Shown here in pieces: positions 20,501-27,705 of a stretch of 64,000 nt of DNA. Source of the stretch: Roseomonas sp. GTDB taxonomy: Bacteria > Pseudomonadota > Alphaproteobacteria > Acetobacterales > Acetobacteraceae. A program made the position numbers and the translations under genes. The stretch is from the NCBI GenBank assembly GCA_051007055.1, contig JBPCSO010000080.1:2702-66701 (forward strand), in the 5' to 3' direction. Each line of letters starts with the position of its first letter. Position 1 is the first letter of the stretch. Below the pieces are notes generated by a model. That model was not told where the DNA came from, did no database searches, and was given only the letters and a program-made list of their open reading frames with translations.

Positions 20501-21777
20501 AAAGCATTGACGCCGATCACCGCATCATCAGCAACGAAAATGCTTTTTGTTGCACGTGGAACACTCAGATTGAGATCGGTGAAATCAATCGCCGGATTGG
20601 GGTTTGCAAAATGCAGCGCCGGCGGCACGAAACCCTGTTCCAGCATCAGCATGGCCTTGACCAAACCAGCCATGCCCGCGCCGGCTTCCAAATGGCCGAT
20701 ATTCGCCTTGGCGGAACCAATCGGCAGTGGCGCGCTGCGATGGCGCGCTATCGCTTGCCCGATCGCCCAGGCCTCAGCCGGGTCACCCGCCTGGGTGCCG
20801 GTGCCATGCGCTTCAAACGCCAGAAAGCGATCCGGCTGCACCGCGGCTTTGTCCATCAGGCCCGCCAGCAATGTCGCCTGCGCATCGCGATTGGGCAGCG
20901 AAATGCCAATGGTGCGCCCGGCTGTATTGGTGCCGGTGCCAAGCAACAGGGCGCGGATTGGCTCCCCAGCGGCCTTGGCATCAGCAAGGCGGCGCAGAAT
21001 GACAACGCCCACACCTTCCGCGCGCACATAGCCATCCGCCGCCGCATCAAACACCTGGCAGCGTCCGCGTGCGGAGAGCATGCCCGCGCGGGAAAAACCG
21101 ATAAAGGCATAGGGCGAGAGCAGCAGATTGACACCCCCCACCACCGCGGCTTCCAAACCCGGATCATACGCCAAGGCGCGCGCGGCCAGATGCAGCGCGA
21201 CAAGGGAAGACGAGCAGGCAGTATCAATCGTCTGCGCACCGCCGCGCAAATCAAACACATGGCCAATGCGGTTGGACAGGATGGAAAGCGCATTGCCGGT
21301 CATGTGAAAACGATCGGCAGCCGCGGGATCATCCAAGCGCAGCTCAGCGAAATCCGTGGAAGACCCGCCGATGAAGACCGCGATATTGCGCCCAGCCAAG
21401 GCTTCCGGCCTCAGCCCCGCATCTTCAAAGGCATCGCGCGTTACTTCCAGTAGAAGGCGCTGCTGAGGATCGGCTTCCGCAACCTCACGCGGGGAAAGGC
21501 CGAAGGCTTCCGCGTCAAAGCCTTTGATATCGCCAATTGTGCCGGCAGCGAAACTATAACTCCGCCCCGCTTCGCCTGGGCGCGGATGATGCCAGCGCGC
21601 CTTTTCGAACCGGTCATCGGGCACTTCCGTCACCGCATCCACGCCTTGGCGCAGCACATCGGCAAAGCGCGCAAGATCAGGCGCACCAGGCAGCCTGGCC
21701 GCCGCCCCGATAATGGCAATCGGCTCCGGCGCAGTGGCTTTCGGGCGATAGGGGGCGCGGCGCATGGGTTCAGCCAC
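14557..21777 (-). CDS. Highly reducing type I polyketide synthase, KS-AT-DH-(degenerate MT)-ER-KR-ACP (WcbR/RkpA-like)
   Basis: KS: DTACSSS, HGTGT, HLEAG. AT: GHSVG, YAFH. DH: HRLFGDAVLP. MT remnant: VLELGAG. ER: HGGAGGVG. KR: GGTQGFG, ANYVAAN. ACP: GLDSLG. No TE domain. Start is GTG 21777 (overlapping the upstream stop) or ATG 21765. Confidence 0.93.
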   Translation of the reverse strand: MAEPMRRAPYRPKATAPEPIAIIGAAARLPGAPDLARFADVLRQGVDAVTEVPDDRFEKARWHHPRPGEAGRSYSFAAGTIGDIKGFDAEAFGLSPREVAEADPQQRLLLEVTRDAFEDAGLRPEALAGRNIAVFIGGSSTDFAELRLDDPAAADRFHMTGNALSILSNRIGHVFDLRGGAQTIDTACSSSLVALHLAARALAYDPGLEAAVVGGVNLLLSPYAFIGFSRAGMLSARGRCQVFDAAADGYVRAEGVGVVILRRLADAKAAGEPIRALLLGTGTNTAGRTIGISLPNRDAQATLLAGLMDKAAVQPDRFLAFEAHGTGTQAGDPAEAWAIGQAIARHRSAPLPIGSAKANIGHLEAGAGMAGLVKAMLMLEQGFVPPALHFANPNPAIDFTDLNLSVPRATKSIFVADDAVIGVNAFGFGGTNAAAILGRAPNPRTLRPAAAKGAPPLILSARSAEALRLAVASWRDALAGADAARTAALARGQARYRDLAPHRLVLRGADGAALAQRLAAWGAGERETSAAQGVAVSGGTAFVFSGNGAQHLGMAREAFRASSAFRRGVLAADAALAPQLGVSPAALIKAGISEAQLAGTDLAQPLLFAVQIGVLAALAEQGITPDVVIGHSVGEVAAAQAAGILSLDQAAALIVARSRHQHATRGTGRMAAIGATPEAIAPMLEECGPGLEIAAINAPAALTIAGPAMAIARLCQAAEAARLVAIPLDLDYAFHSAAMDQVRAGLLDDLAGMVTQPGTCPMISSVTGKPLVGAEAGGQYWWRNLREPVCFQDAVAEAARQGARLFLEIGPAPVLQNYLRETLRAEAVEAAILSSLKRQDPPGDPFPLIADRAIAAGADPRSAPGFRGVAERKALPRTPFARRSIWFQRTVESARLTDLAQDHPLLGFRRGAVPGLWTQWLDTTAMPWLGDHRLFGDAVLPAAAMAEAALAAAALFHPDAPVLEVSDLAILRPVSLAKDSMAELRFAADGEGGFTLEARPRLAEDDFALCARARLAALLRLPAAPACALTKTRKVPGAEVLAFAARHGLDYGPAFQSLEQVEVDGAAGVALARLRLPEAAPDHAGFMLHPALLDGALQGLFALMLGQGLGADEAIIPVRIGRLCARRDAAPIASAEITPGRRGARLFAASLTLRDAAGAMVARIEDIWFQRVPRPGREKLENLAFRLDPVPSLPLHGAPASLDLEPIIAAILKQDQTAPLSEAALLLEAFLAALALPALRDNAAPPSPYRAALWRMLALAGAAEPLAEGWRIIEDQPLPPPEAIWRAVLAEQPGLALDLAWLARAGEQVIPALRGEALVAPPPPAMGGAMQGLAQPILAGLGALAGSWPQDRPLRVLELGAGGALTRGALALLGASGRRIQYRAIGEALAGFAGTMPEAVAMRWDGWESLNATAAQADKADVILGLAPAALGRHGVALLEGLTAQAAPGAVLLLAEPAPGALWGFTLGQDAAWWRDNPDGALPDAAAWRAALGVAVWQGAEVQALQSAPWPALLISGQNPSVKPTEVARDGAGPSVIFTDAETMPLAEALAARHAPGQRPAILHLGEIPPPKALRGADVLALTGMADAARALAAMTALAAAADGVARSLMMVAEAEEARAAGLIGLGRVLTNEMPGLKPRRVMIAQGLAPEAAALSILAEWDGDAPEISLTARGRFTPVLRSGLPVAAPAFPAQLAIGQPGQLASLGWSGISALPKPGPGEVRLRVSATGLNFRDVMWAQGLLPEDMLMDGFAGPSLGMECAGIVEEVGPGVGLAPGAQVFGFAPAAFATHALTRAEALQPLPPGMSAEAAATIPVAFITAAYSLETLARLRPGERVLIHGGAGGVGLAALQIAKAAGALVAATAGSPEKRAFLRQLGANLVLDSRDAGFADALRAVWPDGVEVVLNSLAGLAMERSLALLTPFGRFIELGKRDFAEGRRAGLGAFRCNISYFAVDADALPRARPALAEALLRDIAARLADGALTPLPYRAFPAREAEAAFRQLQASSHIGKLVIRPPEPSAKSAASWQPDEAGAYVVLGGTQGFGLECAKWLAAVGARRIALLSRRGAATPGMDAALRVLAALGARASAHACDATDRVALGGVLAALRTEGAPLRGVVQAAAAFADGAAARQDGASFARVLAPKLAVAEALEALTADDPLHLFLLFSSATTAFGNPGQANYVAANAALEGLARRRHAQGKPALAVGWGPIADAGVLTREAAAAEKLERLSGAKPIVAQEALATLPVLIGAGAPVIHLARMNWGGMQAALPILAEPAYAALGTRMASQETDGAALRARLLAMAPEAARAELLALAREEMARILRLPPEAVRVDQPLPGLGLDSLGGIELRMALERRLGISVPLTAVTEDLTLALLVQRVAGVLFKDDTEGATVEALMETHEPAAAP

Positions 21778-23077
21778 GCGGCAGGCTTTGCGGCGTGAGC
21801 GCCGCCGGCACACCCCGATCAGCATGGGCAAGGGCCTGATCGGCCAAAGCGCGCGGTGCGGCGCGGGCGCAAGCTTCCAGCCAGGGGTCCACCCGCGCGA
21901 AATGGTCTTCCCAGCTTGGCACCGCCCAGGCGGAAAGCCGCGCCATTTGCGCCTGCCTCATGGGGCTTTCTGATGGTGCGTAATCCAGGATCAGGCGACG
22001 CCAGCCTGGGCCATCCAGCGGGTCCAGATATTCCGGCACAGCGCCACCTACCTCACGCAGGGCGGGCAAATCCGAACAGATCGCGGGCAAGCCAAGCGCC
22101 AGCGCCTCTGCAAGCGGCAGCCCGTAGCCTTCCGCGAAGGATGGGAACAGCAGCGCCCTGGCCCCTTGCAGCAAGCCCGCTACGGCCGCATCCGGCAGGC
22201 CCGCATATTCCACCACCTTGCCGGAAAGCGCCGGGCAGCGTTCCAACATGTCAAGGATATTCTCATTCTCCCAGCCGCGCCGGCCGATCAGGATGAGCTG
22301 CGGCGCGGCATCACCCATGGTTTCGGCCAAATCACGCCAAATATGCAAAAGCAGCAGGTGATTTTTGCGCGGTTCAATGGTGCCGAGGCAAATGAAGTAA
22401 CGCCCTGCTGGGCGCGGATAGCCGACATCAGGCGCCACGGGGTCAATGCCAAGCGGCGCGGGCAATACGGGGATCGGACCGCGCGTGCCTTCATGCGCCA
22501 GATAGGGCGCCAAGCTTGCCGCGGTGGCGGCGGAATTGACGATGATGCCATCCGCCAAACTCGTGAAGGTCTCAAGCCGGCTGAGATGCTGCCGGGTGCT
22601 GCGCGGCGGGGCATATTCCGGATGGGTGATCGGGATCAGATCATGCACCAGAGGAATGAAGCGGGCGCCTTGGCGCTTCAGCGCCAGAATGGCGCCAGGC
22701 CGATCCGCCCCGCGATGGGACACCAGTAGGTGCAGCACGGGTTCGCGGGCCGCCAGCGCCTCGCGCAATGCGCCGCGACCCAGCCCGAGCCATTGCCGAA
22801 GCTGCGCTTGCCGCGCGCGCCGCCGTGCCTCTGCCCACGCAGTGTACGCCCCCGCGGCGCCCAGCCAAAGCGTTTGAAGTGCCGCGAGCAGCGCCGCCAC
22901 AAGCCCCTGCGGCAGCGCCACCGGGGGCCGGAAAGGCCCGCTCATCACAAACGTCACGCGCGCGGGGTCCCGGGCGAGAAAATGGCGCGCATAGGCGTGC
23001 TCCACGCGATCAATACCAGTCGGCACAGGGCGCCCCGTGCCGGAAATCAGTCGCGAAATATCGAGCAAAATGTGCAA
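21770..23077 (-). CDS. Family 4 (GT-B) glycosyltransferase
   Basis: LDISRL..TGIDRVE.AY, LVHDLIP, GTIEPRKNH and PSFAEGYGLPLAEA motifs. Start TTG 23077 (AAGG upstream) is preferred; the ORF-track start at 23158 is a TTG next to a TATAAT box. Confidence 0.88.
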   Translation of the reverse strand: MHILLDISRLISGTGRPVPTGIDRVEHAYARHFLARDPARVTFVMSGPFRPPVALPQGLVAALLAALQTLWLGAAGAYTAWAEARRRARQAQLRQWLGLGRGALREALAAREPVLHLLVSHRGADRPGAILALKRQGARFIPLVHDLIPITHPEYAPPRSTRQHLSRLETFTSLADGIIVNSAATAASLAPYLAHEGTRGPIPVLPAPLGIDPVAPDVGYPRPAGRYFICLGTIEPRKNHLLLLHIWRDLAETMGDAAPQLILIGRRGWENENILDMLERCPALSGKVVEYAGLPDAAVAGLLQGARALLFPSFAEGYGLPLAEALALGLPAICSDLPALREVGGAVPEYLDPLDGPGWRRLILDYAPSESPMRQAQMARLSAWAVPSWEDHFARVDPWLEACARAAPRALADQALAHADRGVPAALTPQSLPRG

Positions 23078-23146
23078 GCGCCCGCCTTTGGCTTCGCGGG
23101 CATTCTGACGCGCAAAACCTGCGCCGAGCCCGGTGGAGAGGAAGTA

Positions 23147-23175
23147 ATTATATGACAATACAGGAAAGTTTGAAA
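23147..23175 (-). promoter_or_regulatory. Possible sigma70 promoter of the GT4-PKS-AOS operon
   Basis: Perfect TATAAT at 23152-23147 (minus strand) in an AT-rich patch; weak -35 (TTTCAA) 17 bp upstream. Confidence 0.35.
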
Positions 23176-23266
23176 CGCGGAAATAACAGGGCAGCCCGCG
23201 CGACTTTCCTTTCCGGCTTCGGGCTGCGAGAAACCAAGCCTGAGAGGCCCAGGAGAAAGATCAGCC

Positions 23267-23698
23267 ATGAGCATCTGGAAACGCCCGGCGACGCCCGAAG
23301 CCATTGAAGCACGCATGGCCAATAGCCTGCCCGGCGCCTTCGGTATCCGTATCCTGGAAGTCGGCGCCGATTTCATCCGCGCCGAAATGCCGGTGGATCG
23401 GCGCCATGTGCAGCCCTATGGCATATTGCACGGCGGCGCTTCCGTGGTGCTGGCCGAGACACTTGGCAGCCTGGCCACCACCCTGACCCTGCCCGAGGGC
23501 CAGCAGGCCGTGGGGTTGGAGGTGAATGCCAACCATGTCTCCGCCGTGCCGGAGGGCGAGACTGTGACCGCGATCTGCCGCCCGCTTCATCTGGGCCGCC
23601 GCACCCAGGTATGGCAGACGGAAATCCACCGGCCCAATGGCAAGCTTGCCTGCGTGTCGCGCCTGACCACGGCAGTGCTGGACCGGAAGACATCATAA
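23267..23698 (+). CDS. Hotdog-fold thioesterase (PaaI/MenI/EntH family)
   Basis: QPYGILHGGASVVLAETLGS and GLEVNANHV motifs; AGGAG RBS. Confidence 0.92.
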   Translation: MSIWKRPATPEAIEARMANSLPGAFGIRILEVGADFIRAEMPVDRRHVQPYGILHGGASVVLAETLGSLATTLTLPEGQQAVGLEVNANHVSAVPEGETVTAICRPLHLGRRTQVWQTEIHRPNGKLACVSRLTTAVLDRKTS

Positions 23699-23705
23699 GC
23701 GGGGC

Positions 23706-23724
23706 GGCAGGCCGCGGGCCTGCC
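23706..23724 (+). terminator. GC-rich hairpin after the thioesterase stop (no clear U-tract)
   Basis: GGCAGGCC-gcg-GGCCTGCC, a perfect 8-bp stem 7 nt after the stop. Confidence 0.35.
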
Positions 23725-23903
23725 TTGCGCCCAGGACCATCAGGCCATGGCGCGATTCGGCAAAACGAGTCAGGTTAAGCCCGCAAATTGCGGTTAAGGC
23801 ACTTGGGATATGCGCCGCGCCGCCTTCTGAAATGTTTTGGAGATGTCATGACCGTGGATCAAGTGATTGAAAGACGAAGCGCCGCAGCACCAGGGGTAGC
23901 AGC

Positions 23904-24899
23904 ATGAAGCCGCGCGTCGCCGTGATTGGCACGGGGGGCACCATTTCCTCGATGGGGACGGGCCCGCTCGATATCCTTGATTACCTGGCTAATGGCTCAG
24001 TGCTGGATGTGAATGGGTTGCTGGCGCGCATCCCTGAGGCAGCATTGGTGGCCGAGATTGTGCCGGTGCCCTTCCGTGCCATTCCCTCCACGCAATTGGC
24101 CTGGCCGGAATGGAAGGAACTGCTCGGGCTTTGTCACAAGCTTGCAGGGGAAGACCCGAAGCTTGCCGGCATTGTCATCACGCATGGCACGGCAAGCCTG
24201 GAAGAAACGGCGTATTTCCTTTCGCTCACGCTCAAGATTTCCATCCCTGTGGTCTTGGTCGGCGCGCAGCGCCCGGCTTCCGCGCTTTCGGGCGATGGGC
24301 CCATGAATATTGTCAATGCCATTCGGGTCGCGGCTGATCCCGGCGCGCGGGGCTTGGGCGCGCTGGTGCTGCTGAATGACGAGATTCAGGCGGCGCGCGA
24401 TGTGACGAAAACCTCCACACTGCGGATGCAAACCTTCCGCACGGCGGATTTCGGTGTGCTTGGCCATGCGGATGGCGATATGATCGCCTGGTATCGCAAG
24501 CCCATTCGCAAGATCGCGCCTGATACGGAATTTGATGTGCGCGGGTTGGATGCGCTGCCGCGCGTGGATATTGCCTATTGCTATGCAGGGGCGGATGGCG
24601 CGGCGATTGATGCCTTTGTCGCTGCCGGCGCCAAGGGAATTGTCACGGCGGGCTTCGCGCCCGGCTATGTGACACCGGCCATGGTGAAGGCGGGTGAAGC
24701 TGCGGTCGCTGCCGGTGTGAAGGTGGTACTTTCCAGCCGCGCAGGATCGGGGCGCACTTTCCGCACACAGCGCGGTGATAGATCGGGCTTCATCAGTGCC
24801 GATAATTTGACGCCGCAAAAGGCACGCATCCTGCTATCGCTTGCCCTTGTTCAGGGGTTAGATGATGACGGACTCCGGCGCGTTTTTGCGACCTATTGA
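23904..24899 (+). CDS. Asparaginase/glutaminase family amidohydrolase with variant HGTAS motif
   Basis: GTGGTIS, THGTASLEET, VGAQRP and RDVTKT motifs. Confidence 0.88.
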   Translation: MKPRVAVIGTGGTISSMGTGPLDILDYLANGSVLDVNGLLARIPEAALVAEIVPVPFRAIPSTQLAWPEWKELLGLCHKLAGEDPKLAGIVITHGTASLEETAYFLSLTLKISIPVVLVGAQRPASALSGDGPMNIVNAIRVAADPGARGLGALVLLNDEIQAARDVTKTSTLRMQTFRTADFGVLGHADGDMIAWYRKPIRKIAPDTEFDVRGLDALPRVDIAYCYAGADGAAIDAFVAAGAKGIVTAGFAPGYVTPAMVKAGEAAVAAGVKVVLSSRAGSGRTFRTQRGDRSGFISADNLTPQKARILLSLALVQGLDDDGLRRVFATY

Positions 24900-24901
24900 C
24901 C

Positions 24902-25540
24902 ATGCCGCCGCATAAGGCCGCCGCCCCCGAACGCGCCTGGGTGCGGTTGCCTTCCGGGCGGCGGCTGGATTTGCTTTCGCCCACACCCTTCGATTGGACG
25001 GATGAGGATTTGGCCACGGGGCTTGCGCGCACCTTTCGCTGGGGCGGGCATTCCATCTGGCCAGAACCACTTTCTGTCGCGCAGCACGCGCTTTTCGTGC
25101 TGCAAATCCGCCGCCAGCGTACACGCCATTGGCTGAAACCGCCTGAAGAATTGCGCGAATTGCTGCATGATGCAGATGAGGGTTTGATCAATTTCGATTG
25201 CATCTCTCCGCTCAAGCCCTTTTTGGGGGAGCGTTTCGCGGCTTTGCAGGCAAGCCTCTCGGCTGCGGTGGCGCTCAGGTACCAACTGCCGGCTTGGGGG
25301 GTGGAAGATAAGCGCGCGCATAAGGCGGCTGATATCGCGGCAGCGGCGGCGGAAGCCGTGCATGTCGCCGGTTGGACAGAGGCGGAAATGCGCGAGACCC
25401 TCGGCATTCGCGCAACGGTTTTAGCGCGGGACCCACTTGTGGCGCGTTATGGTGGGGAGCCCTGGCGCCCCTGGCCGCCCGCGCTGGCGGCGCAACGTTT
25501 TCTGGCGGAACTCGCAGAGCTACAGGCGAAAGCAGGCTGA
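24902..25540 (+). CDS. HD-domain phosphohydrolase (YfbR/YfdR-like)
   Basis: RWGGH..LSVAQH...LLHDADEG..D..SPLK pattern; ATG 2 nt after the upstream stop. Confidence 0.72.
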   Translation: MPPHKAAAPERAWVRLPSGRRLDLLSPTPFDWTDEDLATGLARTFRWGGHSIWPEPLSVAQHALFVLQIRRQRTRHWLKPPEELRELLHDADEGLINFDCISPLKPFLGERFAALQASLSAAVALRYQLPAWGVEDKRAHKAADIAAAAAEAVHVAGWTEAEMRETLGIRATVLARDPLVARYGGEPWRPWPPALAAQRFLAELAELQAKAG

Positions 25541-25542
25541 GA

Positions 25543-26529
25543 TTACTCCCGCGGGATCCCCGCTTTTTCTATCACATCGCGCCAAAGCGGCACTTCGCGC
25601 GCAATGCGTTGTGCAAGCTCTTCGGGACCTTTCGGATTGAGCGTGAAGCCAGCATTCAGTAAGCGATTTTTCGTCTCAGCTTCGTTCAACAAGGCGATGG
25701 TAACCTGCGCCAGACGATCCAAAATGGCTTGCGATGTGCCGGCAGGGGCGAGCAAGCCCTGGAACGTTTCCGAGACAAAACCAACATAGCCAAGCTCTAC
25801 CATCGTCGGCAGATCGGGCAAATCATGCCAGCGCTGTTCGCCGGTGATGGCCAAGGCGCGCAAGGTACCAGCCTTGATCAGCGCATGCGCCGGCGGCAGG
25901 GCGGCAACGCCAATCGGCGTGGTGCCGGCCAGCACCGCTTGCACCGCCTGCGCCGCGCTTTGATGTGTGACCTGCACCAATTCAATGCCCGTCCGCAGCC
26001 GAAGCAATTCTGCCGTCAGATGCGGCGTGGAACCCAAGCCCGGATTGGCGATATTGAGTCCGCCCGGTGTTGCCTTGGCGCGCGCCACAAGATCAGTGAC
26101 CGAAGTGATGCCGCTATCGGGTTTGGTCAGAATGGTATTGGGCGAAGCCCCCAATTCCGTGATCGGCGCAAAATCCTTAGTGATGTCATAGCCGGCGTTA
26201 CGAAACAGCGTCGGGTTCACGACGAAACCGGTGGAAGTCACCAGCAACGTATAGCCATCGGGCGCGCTCCGCGCCGCATGCGCGATGCCGACATTGCCAC
26301 TGGCACCAGGGCGGTTTTCCACCACCACAGGTTTGCCAAGCGCCGAGGATAATACGGGCGCTATCACCCGCGCCATGACATCAGTGGGCCCGCCTGGGCC
26401 GAAGGGCACCACTAGGCGAATGCTCCGCGATGGCCAAACATCAGCGCTTTGCGCGCGTGCCAAGGCAGGTGCGGCCAGAAACCCCAAAGCGGCGCGGCGT
26501 GTCAGGCACAAATCGGCCATGGCAGTCAT
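25543..26529 (-). CDS. Tripartite tricarboxylate transporter substrate-binding protein (Bug/TctC family)
   Basis: RLVVPFGPGGPTD..AR, VVVENRPGASG and PDLPTM.E.G motifs; RR-type leader. Start may be 26520. Confidence 0.92.
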   Translation of the reverse strand: MTAMADLCLTRRAALGFLAAPALARAQSADVWPSRSIRLVVPFGPGGPTDVMARVIAPVLSSALGKPVVVENRPGASGNVGIAHAARSAPDGYTLLVTSTGFVVNPTLFRNAGYDITKDFAPITELGASPNTILTKPDSGITSVTDLVARAKATPGGLNIANPGLGSTPHLTAELLRLRTGIELVQVTHQSAAQAVQAVLAGTTPIGVAALPPAHALIKAGTLRALAITGEQRWHDLPDLPTMVELGYVGFVSETFQGLLAPAGTSQAILDRLAQVTIALLNEAETKNRLLNAGFTLNPKGPEELAQRIAREVPLWRDVIEKAGIPRE

Positions 26530-26611
26530 CTCCCCCTTTTGCCACGCTTGTCCGTGTGGCCTTGGGGAAAGGCTGAAACCGGATCAGGCCAAGGTCAAGC
26601 GCGTTACGGGA

Positions 26612-27478
26612 TCATCCCGCCAAATGCCCCCGGCGAATGACACGTTGCGCGAGCCCATCCACTGGGCCGAACAGCACGGATATCGCCCAAGCCGCGCCCG
26701 CCATCAACACAATAGCGGGGCCGGTTGGCAGATCAGCGTGATAGGACAGCAGCAGGCCAATCACGCTGGCAAACACTGCAATGGCGGAAGCCGCATAGAC
26801 CATGCCGCTGATTTCTGCGGCCCAATGCCGCGCGGCAATGGCGGGCAGCATCATCAACCCAACGGCCATCAATGTGCCCAGCGCCAAAAAGGCGGAGAGC
26901 ATGTTCAACACCACAAGCCCCATGAACACCAAATGCCAAAATCCGCCATGCGCGCCGGTGGCCGCTGCAAAAGCCGGGTCAAAACATTCCAGCACCAAGG
27001 GCCGCCAACCGATGGCAAGGCTCACCAGCGTCAGCGTCGCCACGCCGGCCATCAGCAGTAGCGCCGCATCATCCACGCCAAGCACGCTGCCGAACAGGAT
27101 ATGCTTCAAATCCCCGGCACCACCGCCCATTGAAATCAGCGCAACACCCAACCCAAGTGCCAACAAATAAAGTGCGGCCAATGTCGCATCTTCCCGCCCG
27201 CCAGTGATGCGCGCGAGCGCGCCGGCACCCACCGCCACCAAAAGCCCGGCCACCAAGCCACCAAACCAAAGCGCCGGCACGGATAGCCCCGCGATCAGGA
27301 AGGCGACTGCGACACCCGGCAAGGCGCCGTGGGAAAGCACATCCGCCGTCAGGCTCATGCGCCGCAGCATCAGGAAAACGCCAAGCGGCGGGGCGGCTAT
27401 GGCAAGGGCGAGTGACCCCACCAAGGCGCGGCGCATGAAGCCGAATTCAACGAAGAGGCCGAAAAGCGCCTCAATCAT
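26612..27478 (-). CDS. znuB: Zn/Mn ABC transporter permease (ZnuB/AztB-like)
   Basis: FMRRAL, LGVFLMLRRMSL..D.LSHGALPG, LFGSVL and GLLLSYH.DLPTGPAI motifs. An alternative in-frame ATG at 27493 comes from the repeat element. Confidence 0.88.
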   Translation of the reverse strand: MIEALFGLFVEFGFMRRALVGSLALAIAAPPLGVFLMLRRMSLTADVLSHGALPGVAVAFLIAGLSVPALWFGGLVAGLLVAVGAGALARITGGREDATLAALYLLALGLGVALISMGGGAGDLKHILFGSVLGVDDAALLLMAGVATLTLVSLAIGWRPLVLECFDPAFAAATGAHGGFWHLVFMGLVVLNMLSAFLALGTLMAVGLMMLPAIAARHWAAEISGMVYAASAIAVFASVIGLLLSYHADLPTGPAIVLMAGAAWAISVLFGPVDGLAQRVIRRGHLAG

Positions 27479-27488
27479 GGTGGGCCGG

Positions 27489-27650
27489 AGCATTTTCAAG
27501 CCAAGTGGCATACTTGGCGGCTCGGAAAATGCGACCTAGGCGATAAGCATTTTCAAGCCAAGTGGCATACTTGGCAGCTCGGAAAATGCGACCTAGGCGA
27601 TAAACATTTTCAAGCCAAGTGGCATACTTGGCGGCTCGGAAAAGGCGACC
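27489..27650. repeat. 57-bp tandem repeat (2 full copies + 48-bp partial), each unit an imperfect palindrome
   Basis: Units start at 27489, 27546 and 27603. Unit: AGCATTTTCAAGCCAAGTGGCATACTTGGCGGCTCGGAAAATGCGACCTAGGCGATA. Internal inverted repeats are GCCAAGT/ACTTGGC and CATTTTC/GAAAATG. Confidence 0.95.
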
Positions 27651-27704
27651 AAACAATAATCTAGAGCGGTTGCCGTGAACGAAGGTGAACGGAAACCGCT
27701 CTAG
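27651..27704. repeat. AAACAATAAT linker plus CTAG-bounded hairpin, distal module of the palindromic element
   Basis: CTAGAGCGGTT (27661-27671) ... AACCGCTCTAG (27694-27704), a perfect 11-bp inverted repeat. Confidence 0.85.
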
Positions 27705-27705
27705 T

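Noticed and set aside
13268-23077. PKS operon as a recently acquired genomic island
   Set aside because: Composition is similar to or more GC-rich than the flanks, with no mobility genes or boundary repeats seen.
23775-23800. TTAA..CCGCAA-A-TTGCGG-TTAA as a CtrA site
   Set aside because: The TTAA half-sites are 15 nt apart rather than the 7 nt of a CtrA box; at most an unassigned palindrome.
27489-27650. 57-bp periodic array as a CRISPR
   Set aside because: Units are contiguous and near-identical with no unique spacers, and there are no cas genes in the window.
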